DNA of 64,000 nt, taken from IMG/VR virus record IMGVR_UViG_3300027743_000025, positions 1-64,000 of that record. The stretch is one strand, 5' to 3'. Below, in pieces: positions 34,800 through 41,873 of the stretch. Position 1 is the first letter of the stretch; each line of letters starts with the position of its first letter. Position numbers and translations under genes: made by a program. The stretch comes from a virus. The notes beneath the pieces are model-generated. The model was not told the DNA's origin and ran no database searches. It saw only the letters and a list, made by a program, of their open reading frames with translations.

Positions 34800-35726
34800 C
34801 TACACCGCCTCCCGGTCATCGGTATAGCGCTCGAACGGATCGCCGACCACGTATAGATCCTCCAGCATATTCTCCGCCGCTGCCTTGCCGGTGGCCTGGT
34901 ATTCAGCGCACGGGAGTTTGAACGGGCACGTAGCGCACTGCCACGACGGGTGGAACGGTGTGGCAATGCGATGGTCCATCCCCGAGTCAAGATCGCGCTT
35001 GGCCCGGATCATGTTGTTCAGAATGCCGATCAACCGGAACCGGTACGCCATCAGGTCCATGTGACTGATCGGGATCACCAGCCGCTTGTAGAACGGTGGT
35101 TTGGCCGCCGCCGTGCGGAGCACCTTGCGCAACAGCGTGTAGACGATGCCGGCCACCCAGGGATCGTTGCGATCTGAGCTGGCCTCCAGCAGCATGTAGA
35201 GCCGGCCCTGCGGGGACATCTCCAGACCCAGGATCGTAGGTTCCCCGAAGTTGCCCACTGTCTTGTAGTCGTTGATGAAGATCGCCCCATCCGAGAGCCG
35301 CCGCGAACGCCGGTCCAGCTTGCCCCGGACCAGGATGTCAACCACTACCCCGTCGACCTCCAGCGTGACCACTTCCTTGAGCTGCGCTTCAATCCCCAGC
35401 GTCTCCCAATCGGCAGCCTCGCTGGTTGACCACTCCGCATAGCCCTCCAGCATCGCGCGGCCGAGCTTGTTCTCCTTGTCCAGTCCGTCCGTGAACCCGC
35501 CGGCAGCCTTCTCATACTCGTACATCATCAGGGTATCCCAGATGATCTTGATATCGGTACGACCCTCATCCTCCTCCCACAGCTCCAGCGCGGTGTGGAT
35601 CCGCGCGCCGAACGGAAGCGGCCCCACGGGAGGCTCATCCCTGCGCCTGAGCCGCCGATAGGTACCGAAGTACCACGAGCGCGGACAGCTCATGAAGCGC
35701 TGCATGTCCGAGTAGCTGGTCTGCAT
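34800..35726 (-). CDS. Cas4/RecB-like PD-(D/E)XK exonuclease
   Basis: SYS...CPRSW, GKLD, DYKT, QGRLY, CxxCPFxxxC. Confidence 0.9.
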   Translation of the reverse strand: MQTSYSDMQRFMSCPRSWYFGTYRRLRRRDEPPVGPLPFGARIHTALELWEEDEGRTDIKIIWDTLMMYEYEKAAGGFTDGLDKENKLGRAMLEGYAEWSTSEAADWETLGIEAQLKEVVTLEVDGVVVDILVRGKLDRRSRRLSDGAIFINDYKTVGNFGEPTILGLEMSPQGRLYMLLEASSDRNDPWVAGIVYTLLRKVLRTAAAKPPFYKRLVIPISHMDLMAYRFRLIGILNNMIRAKRDLDSGMDHRIATPFHPSWQCATCPFKLPCAEYQATGKAAAENMLEDLYVVGDPFERYTDDREAV

Positions 35727-35772
35727 AGTTGCGTATACTATGGTTGACTACCAGACCACACAAGGGGTAAAC

Positions 35773-36519
35773 ATGACCTTCACCCACAGAGACCTACGAA
35801 AGTTCAACTCCGACGCCAGGAAGCTGATCCTGAAAGTGCAAGAAGCCGGCTGGCACGGGGACCGGATAGCCCGTCACGGGGCCGTGTTGCTAGCACCAGA
35901 CGATCAGCCGTTCCGGATCTGCGTACCAAGGAATGTGAACGGCCGGCTGCTCAACAACACGATGGCCCCGTTCAAGCGCTGGATGATCCAGCAAGGCCCG
36001 TCTTTCGCCACCACCACCGAAGAGGTTCAGCAGATGCCAGCGTGTGCCGAGTGCGGCAAAGTTTTCGAGCGTAAGCAGCAGGTCACAGTCCACCACGCGA
36101 TGGTCCACGACCTGAAGCAGTGCCCAAACTGTGAGCGGAAGATGAACGCCAGCAACCTGGCCCGTCACATCGCCTCTGCGCACAAGCCGTTCCCTGAGCC
36201 CGAGACGGCTCCGGTTGACATGGAAGCGCCCCTCACGCTGGCCGGGATCGAACTGAACATCCCATCGGCTAACCCGGGGCTGATGGAGTACTTCCGGGAG
36301 CCGCCGCTGGTGGAGCACACCCCCGAGCAGCCGTCTGAGCAGCTGACCGCCATCCGCGCGATCCTCATCCCCAGCATGGAACGGGAAGCGAAACGGAACC
36401 GAGCCCGCATAGCCGAGCTGGAGCGGATGATCGTTGACCAGCAAGAGGTACACCGCAAGGAGATGGAAGAGTGCTCCGCCAAGCTGGATCTGATCCGGGG
36501 TCTAGTTGACAACCGTTGA
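35773..36519 (+). CDS. tandem C2H2 zinc-finger protein with HicA-like N-terminus and coiled-coil tail
   Basis: CAECGKVF...VHHAMVH and CPNC...LARHIASAH. Confidence 0.75.
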   Translation: MTFTHRDLRKFNSDARKLILKVQEAGWHGDRIARHGAVLLAPDDQPFRICVPRNVNGRLLNNTMAPFKRWMIQQGPSFATTTEEVQQMPACAECGKVFERKQQVTVHHAMVHDLKQCPNCERKMNASNLARHIASAHKPFPEPETAPVDMEAPLTLAGIELNIPSANPGLMEYFREPPLVEHTPEQPSEQLTAIRAILIPSMEREAKRNRARIAELERMIVDQQEVHRKEMEECSAKLDLIRGLVDNR

Positions 36520-36534
36520 CCGTTGGTGTAGAGT
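36506..36534 (+). promoter_or_regulatory. promoter with tandem GTTGAC-N4-GTTGAC
   Basis: TTGACA-N17-TAGAGT. Confidence 0.8.
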
Positions 36535-36568
36535 CGTTCCTATACAGCGAGTCAACTAAGGGGTCGGT

Positions 36569-37141
36569 ATGTGGATCGTAGGACAGTATGGCTTTATCTC
36601 CCTGGTGCAGCACAAGAACGACCCAGGGATCATGCAAGTCCGCGCACGGGTGCGGGAAGACATCCTCATGTACTTCCCCGGATATGAGATCGACATGATC
36701 ATCGGGGCCGACTACCTTTACCGCACGAACGTCCCGCGTGAGATCGTGGCCGAGACCATCGCTGCCGAGATCATGGGATACAGCGTGACCAGCCACGTCA
36801 AGGATGAGGCTATCCGGGCTTCCCAGCCGAACGCCTACCGGCAGACCGCCTACTACGCCTGCTGGAGAGCCCTCTCGGACATGCAGCCATACGCACCATA
36901 CTCCCGGCTGCCGCGCGCTGAAGAGAAGCGCCTGCTCAATCGGCGGGTAGGAGTGCAGCAGCCGCTGAACTGGTGGGATGACGCCATGCTCCCGTTCGAG
37001 AAGGATGTGATGAACCCAGCGTGGGACGGTCCGACGCAGGACATCCCCGAGCTGGAGGAAGACGATAAGCAGCCCCGGGACAAGCACGGCCGGTTCGCCT
37101 CGAAGCACCGCAAGACCAAGAAGGGTAAGACCAATGGATAA
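36569..37141 (+). CDS. conserved hypothetical phage protein
   Basis: MWI...GFISLV...VRAR...ADYLYR; C-terminal QPRDKHGRF. Confidence 0.8.
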   Translation: MWIVGQYGFISLVQHKNDPGIMQVRARVREDILMYFPGYEIDMIIGADYLYRTNVPREIVAETIAAEIMGYSVTSHVKDEAIRASQPNAYRQTAYYACWRALSDMQPYAPYSRLPRAEEKRLLNRRVGVQQPLNWWDDAMLPFEKDVMNPAWDGPTQDIPELEEDDKQPRDKHGRFASKHRKTKKGKTNG

Positions 37142-37520
37142 CGGGTATCCGCCGCTCCCGCACGACGACCGGGAGGAGAAGCTGCCCGCGTGGGCGCAGA
37201 AGCAGATGGGCGAGCTACGCCGCCGGACCAAGGCCGCTGAGGACGCCGTATTCAACGCCGCGAACGGGGAGAAGCTGGAGGAGTCGGATACGATCTTCCG
37301 GCCCTACGGGGACATCCCTAAGGGTTTGGGTGTGGGCCAGACAGTGCGATTCAAGCTGACTGGTGGGGAAGCCCAGCCGAAGTTCAGCAGTGACTACATA
37401 GATATTCGGGTGATGGGCGGCAACGGCCATGCCGTACAGATCATGGGCGGCCGAGCTGTTGTCCTACACCCACAATCGTCTAATGTGGTCAACGTCCGTA
37501 TGGCCCCGCCTTACCTGTAG
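37134..37520 (+). CDS. hypothetical protein
   Basis: KLPAWAQ...PQSSNVV pattern seen in actinophage proteins. Confidence 0.75.
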   Translation: MDNGYPPLPHDDREEKLPAWAQKQMGELRRRTKAAEDAVFNAANGEKLEESDTIFRPYGDIPKGLGVGQTVRFKLTGGEAQPKFSSDYIDIRVMGGNGHAVQIMGGRAVVLHPQSSNVVNVRMAPPYL

Positions 37521-37534
37521 GAAGGAGCAGCACC

Positions 37535-38074
37535 ATGAGCGGTAAGACCAAGATCTCGATCGCTGTCCTGTGGTTCATGGTGCTGCTCTCTGTGATCTGG
37601 CTGTTCGTGCCGAGCGTGTCAACCAAGGGCATCGGGGTGTTCCGGTGGTTCAACCCGGAGAAGGTCTACATCAGCGTAGATCCGAGTCTCAGCGAGGTAG
37701 TCTGGCCGGTGGCCGAGGCAGCCAAGTTCGTCGACCAGTACACCGCCAGCAAGATGGTGTTTGGTAACTGCCGTAAGGGCAGCCGGTGCATCACGATGCG
37801 AGAAAACCCGAAGCTGCCTATCACCGTCGCTGGCCGCGCTAGCTGGACTAGAGAACGTTTGACTGTACGAGTTGAGTTCAACTCTTCGTATGCAGACAAG
37901 CCCCATGATGCGCTGCTGCGCCTGGTGATCCATGAGTTGGGGCACACGTTCGGGATCCATGGCCATAACCCCGAGTGCACGTCCGTGATGTTCGCCTACC
38001 TCACGTGTGGGCGAGGCGTGCCACCGCCCCAGAGCTTCACCGCCGAAGAGATCAAAACCCTAGAGAGGCACTAG
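37535..38074 (+). CDS. membrane-anchored zinc metalloprotease (paralog of 1129..1653)
   Basis: HELGHTFGIHGH, SVMF Met-turn; N-terminal TM; AAGGAG RBS. Confidence 0.85.
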   Translation: MSGKTKISIAVLWFMVLLSVIWLFVPSVSTKGIGVFRWFNPEKVYISVDPSLSEVVWPVAEAAKFVDQYTASKMVFGNCRKGSRCITMRENPKLPITVAGRASWTRERLTVRVEFNSSYADKPHDALLRLVIHELGHTFGIHGHNPECTSVMFAYLTCGRGVPPPQSFTAEEIKTLERH

Positions 38075-38076
38075 GA

Positions 38077-38409
38077 ATGGTTGCCCGCATGGACCCCAGG
38101 ATCGTGGCCGAGATCCTGACACTGCATGACAAGGTGCGCCGGAGCTATGCTCGCCACCTGCACTGGCAGTTGACATGCGTGGCCTACCACATCAACCCCG
38201 AGATCTTCCCGCTTCCCCAGGAGCGCAAGAAGCCCGCGCTGGCACACCGAACTAATATGTACTTGATGGCCGTCCGATTGACCAAGCTGCTCCACTTGCC
38301 GTTGCCTGTCTCGGCTTCGCTGTATGAGATCGGCAAGCTGTTGCTGACCGTGGAGACCAAGCTGCTTAACATCCCGGAAGCTGACCCTGAGGAGATCGAC
38401 TTTGTTTAG
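38077..38409 (+). CDS. hypothetical protein
   Basis: operon context. Confidence 0.65.
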   Translation: MVARMDPRIVAEILTLHDKVRRSYARHLHWQLTCVAYHINPEIFPLPQERKKPALAHRTNMYLMAVRLTKLLHLPLPVSASLYEIGKLLLTVETKLLNIPEADPEEIDFV

Positions 38410-38410
38410 G

Positions 38411-38851
38411 ATGGGCGAGAAGATCTACAAGAAGGGCGAGTCCTTTGAGACCGCCAAAGCATTTGACCGCCATGTCCTGTGGGCTAACGATGACACGGTC
38501 TTCTACGCTTACGCCGCCGGGGACAAAGGTATTGGGTACGCATCTAGTTCTCCGGAGGACTTCGTGATTCTGCCCCAGCCCCAGCGACCCGGCCTGAAGG
38601 TGGGCGACATTGCCAAGCTGCGCCACTCCAACGGTAAGGCTAGGTTCACGATCAAGTTCATCATCGATAATGATGCTCTGGTCAAGGGGGACGACGGCAC
38701 TGTCAAGATCATTGGGCTGGATAGTCTAGAGCCGGTCAACTGGAATATCACCAGGATCGACTGGACCGATGACACTACGTGGGTTGTCACGATCACCGGC
38801 ACCGGCAAGATTCCGGACTGGGTGGGCGACACGGACCACCCGCTCTCTTAG
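38411..38851 (+). CDS. hypothetical protein with KOW-like segment
   Basis: LKVGDIAKL. Confidence 0.7.
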   Translation: MGEKIYKKGESFETAKAFDRHVLWANDDTVFYAYAAGDKGIGYASSSPEDFVILPQPQRPGLKVGDIAKLRHSNGKARFTIKFIIDNDALVKGDDGTVKIIGLDSLEPVNWNITRIDWTDDTTWVVTITGTGKIPDWVGDTDHPLS

Positions 38852-38855
38852 AGGA

Positions 38856-38884
38856 TTGTCAACCACTAAACCGCCCACTAGTCT
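38856..38884 (+). promoter_or_regulatory. leaderless promoter
   Basis: TTGTCA-N17-TAGTCT-N6-ATG. Confidence 0.65.
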
Positions 38885-38890
38885 CCAACC

Positions 38891-39121
38891 ATGAACCTAG
38901 GGGACGTGTGGAACGCACTGCTCACAGCGGTTGAAGTTCTCGTTGTGGCCTGCGTACTCGTGCTTGGCGTGATGATCCTAAGAAACGCCGCCGTGGCCTC
39001 CCGGACCTGTAGACAGATGATCTGGGCACCCAGCCGGCACAACCACAGATGCTCCGTAGCGCGCTATACGGAACACGCCGCCCACCGATGCAAGTGTGGG
39101 TACTTATGGGAAAACTACTAG
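38891..39121 (+). CDS. membrane protein with Cys/His domain
   Basis: TM plus HRC...HRCKCGYLW (cf. 2373..2561). Confidence 0.7.
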   Translation: MNLGDVWNALLTAVEVLVVACVLVLGVMILRNAAVASRTCRQMIWAPSRHNHRCSVARYTEHAAHRCKCGYLWENY

Positions 39122-39129
39122 CCTGCCTG

Positions 39130-39158
39130 TTGTCATTCGTTGATAAGCCTGCTAAGAT
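39130..39158 (+). promoter_or_regulatory. promoter with degenerate tandem repeat
   Basis: TTGTCA-N17-TAAGAT; GTTGTC-N4-GTTGAT. Confidence 0.7.
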
Positions 39159-39192
39159 GGAGACATCAGCCACCAAGCAGGAAGGCACCGAG

Positions 39193-39330
39193 ATGATCGT
39201 CTGGACTCCAGAAACCGGGAGCACCTACGGCCACGACCAGAACCCCGTCGTCTTCGCCGTACAGAGCTACCACATGTGGATCAAGAAGATCGTCCGGGAC
39301 ATCCGGTACCCGGAAGGACCACCACAGTGA
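39193..39330 (+). CDS. 45 aa hypothetical protein
   Basis: GGAAGG RBS, ATG 39193. Confidence 0.6.
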   Translation: MIVWTPETGSTYGHDQNPVVFAVQSYHMWIKKIVRDIRYPEGPPQ

Positions 39331-39710
39331 GCTACACCGTCTTCGTAGACCACCCCGAGAGCGCAGCCATGCGCGAGGAGAACTGGACCGCTTGGAGCTT
39401 CTGGTCCGAGCAGAATGCTCCGTGGATCGGCCTTGGAGTCCAGGAAATGGCCGGCGTGCTGGAGCAGCTGGCCGACCAGCCCACGGGCAATGACATCCCA
39501 GCTGTGCTGAACAGCGGCGGGCACTTAACCCCTGACCAGGCTTTGTCGCTCAGACTGTTCCTGGCCCTGAACCCGAACATCCCGGTGCGCTTCGCACACG
39601 TGCTGACGTTCGCAGCCAACTATGGGCACGGGCTCCGGGTAGAGCTGTCACCTCAGGCTCCGATGACAGCCGTAACGTACTTGGCCAACAAGGGATCCGC
39701 CCGCAACTGA
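39327..39710 (+). CDS. hypothetical protein
   Basis: GTGA overlap. Confidence 0.65.
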   Translation: MSYTVFVDHPESAAMREENWTAWSFWSEQNAPWIGLGVQEMAGVLEQLADQPTGNDIPAVLNSGGHLTPDQALSLRLFLALNPNIPVRFAHVLTFAANYGHGLRVELSPQAPMTAVTYLANKGSARN

Positions 39711-40138
39711 GTGAGCACCTCGAACGCCAGCCGTGGCAGGCTGTCAACCGGACGGCCCTCTGTTACCGCCGCGACCACTTCCTCCGGCGTGCGGAGCACC
39801 CAGGCCCGGTAACGCTGGACCTCCAGCCGGGTATGTGGGTCCATCCGATCTCCCACTGCCGGCCGGCACTCCACACAGGGAACCCGCCGCACAAGGCCCT
39901 CTTCCCCCGCGTCGAGCCAGGAGATCATCCGCCAGTTGACACGGGGACAGGTCGGCTTGTGTGCCACTGTCGAGCGGCCGATCTTGCTCATGACCCACTC
40001 GTCTGAGCCAGCTAACCGATAGATCGCCAGCTCCGTCCACCGCACAGCAGAAGTCCGGGCACTGGTGGCTGAGGCGACAACGGTTGCTTCAAACTTCAGG
40101 TACCGCCGGCCGTCTCGGACGACATGCGGCGCGGCCAC
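39653..40138 (-). CDS. conserved hypothetical actinophage protein
   Basis: VRDG.R.L.F...RWTELAIYR...GRS.V.H...C...PCVEC. Confidence 0.75.
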   Translation of the reverse strand: MAAPHVVRDGRRYLKFEATVVASATSARTSAVRWTELAIYRLAGSDEWVMSKIGRSTVAHKPTCPRVNWRMISWLDAGEEGLVRRVPCVECRPAVGDRMDPHTRLEVQRYRAWVLRTPEEVVAAVTEGRPVDSLPRLAFEVLTQLRADPLLAKYVTAVIGA

Positions 40139-40413
40139 TAGCCGGCCGCCTGCCGCTTGCGGTACTTGCTCCGCCCGGTGCCGTTGGTCTGGCCGTCCTT
40201 GCCGCTGAACTCCCGCTCGATCAGCCCCCGGCGGGCCAAACGCCAGAGCCTGGTGGCTGCCTCATGGGTAGGAATCGCGAGCACCTCAGCGACCTCTACC
40301 GGGCGCATGCCGTCAGCAGCTTTCCGCCGGTTCAGGAGCTGGACGATCAGCCGGTCGCGCTCAGCTCGGATCTCGGGAACCTCCGGCGGCTTCTTGGGCT
40401 TGATCTTCTGCAT
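40138..40413 (-). CDS. winged helix-turn-helix DNA-binding protein
   Basis: GMRPVEVAEVLAIP...LWRLARRGLIER. Confidence 0.75.
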   Translation of the reverse strand: MQKIKPKKPPEVPEIRAERDRLIVQLLNRRKAADGMRPVEVAEVLAIPTHEAATRLWRLARRGLIEREFSGKDGQTNGTGRSKYRKRQAAG

Positions 40414-40437
40414 GCTGAGTAGCGTACTATACTCCGC

Positions 40438-40998
40438 ATGATTAGTGGTGAGGCTGCGAAGGATGCGCTAGTTGTGGCGGCCCGCAAGGTGCACGCAGAG
40501 CAGATGACGATAAACGGCGACAGAATTCACGGAGTGAACATCACCGTTGACCCAGCGTTATATCTCGCTGCCTGGCAGGGTGGAAAGCTGAAGGTTGAGA
40601 AGGTGGAGATCCCCAGCGTCATGTGGGACAACGCCAACCCGGAAGTGGTGCTCAACTCCCTGATCCCGAAGGAAGGCGCCGACCAGCTGGAGGGCTTCAT
40701 CGGAGCCCTGTTCACCGGCGAGGTCGTCATGGTTGACACGGAGAAGAAGGGCAAGGCCGGAGTGCCGAAGGGAACGCTTCCCGTGACCAGCGTTTCAGGC
40801 CGGTTGACAGTGGGAGTGCTCGCCACTGAAAAGACCCAGGTGGGGTTGCTCGAAGTTGAAGGAGAGCCCGCCCCGACCATCTTCACCGAGATCGGGAAGT
40901 TCGGCCCCGTGGGGAAGGCTCTCCTTGCGTTCTCTAAGCGGATCGTGGACGCTGCTGCCACCAAGGCGACCAATGAGGATCCGTTCAGCCCGCTCTAG
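40438..40998 (+). CDS. hypothetical protein
   Basis: 186 aa ORF, probably leaderless (TACTAT-N7-ATG). Confidence 0.75.
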   Translation: MISGEAAKDALVVAARKVHAEQMTINGDRIHGVNITVDPALYLAAWQGGKLKVEKVEIPSVMWDNANPEVVLNSLIPKEGADQLEGFIGALFTGEVVMVDTEKKGKAGVPKGTLPVTSVSGRLTVGVLATEKTQVGLLEVEGEPAPTIFTEIGKFGPVGKALLAFSKRIVDAAATKATNEDPFSPL

Positions 40999-41864
40999 GG
41001 GACGAAATTCATCCCAACAGCGAACCCGATCGCACCGCCGATGATCAGGAATGCAATGGCGACCAGAGCGACCACACTCCGTAAGGTGGCGTTGGCCGCC
41101 GTGAACGCCGAGGAGCTGGCATTCAGGGAGTTCAGGTTGGCGATCACCGTGGGAGCGAAGTCGTTCGCCAGGTAACCCGTGCGGTTGAAGGTGGTCCACT
41201 GAGCGCCGGCCGCCGTGTAGCTGCCCCCACTCGGGTCCACGTCGTACTGCCATACATCCTTAGCGCTCACTTCGTCCTCATCTCCTTGTCCCCACTGCCC
41301 GCGATCTTCCACCTCGGACTCATTCTTATCGCAGTCAGCGCCTGCGATATAGACCCCGTTCAGCACCTGCTTGACGTGGTTGCCGGGATACCAGCTGCCA
41401 TAGCTCCAAGCGTAGGTCTGCCAGAACCACTCGCACCAGCCATTGTTAGCCGCCTCGGTCACGGCGCGGTAGCTGCCATAGATGCCGAGCCGGGAGCGAG
41501 GCAGAACGGAAGCCAGGCCGTCAAAGTAAGACTTGGCTGTTGGCAGCTGGTTGGGCTGGATATCAAAGTCCACTGAGAAGTAGATCGGACGATTCTCCGG
41601 CATGCCGAGAGCCCTCGCCTGCGCGATAGCCTCACGTGCGTGCTCCACCCCAGCTGAGTAGCCGCCAAGGGAGTCCTGCGTGTCCCACTCCCAGTTGCAG
41701 ATCACCGAGAGTCCGGCCGCTAGCAATGAGTTCAGCTCACTTTGCCCGAGATTCTTGCCCGTCGTGTCGTACGACAGGTAGCGAAGCACATAGCGGTAGC
41801 CGAGCCGGTACAGCTCTTGTGGGTTGGGCCGTCCCCAGGAGTAGTCAACTCCGTATACGGTCAT
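40995..41864 (-). CDS. endolysin, DUF1906 (Rv2525c-like/GH25-related) glycoside hydrolase with C-terminal TM
   Basis: GVDYS...RYLS...GKNL...PIYFSVDFD...GIYG...WQTYAWS. Confidence 0.88.
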   Translation of the reverse strand: MTVYGVDYSWGRPNPQELYRLGYRYVLRYLSYDTTGKNLGQSELNSLLAAGLSVICNWEWDTQDSLGGYSAGVEHAREAIAQARALGMPENRPIYFSVDFDIQPNQLPTAKSYFDGLASVLPRSRLGIYGSYRAVTEAANNGWCEWFWQTYAWSYGSWYPGNHVKQVLNGVYIAGADCDKNESEVEDRGQWGQGDEDEVSAKDVWQYDVDPSGGSYTAAGAQWTTFNRTGYLANDFAPTVIANLNSLNASSSAFTAANATLRSVVALVAIAFLIIGGAIGFAVGMNFVP

Positions 41865-41873
41865 GCTCCCCTC

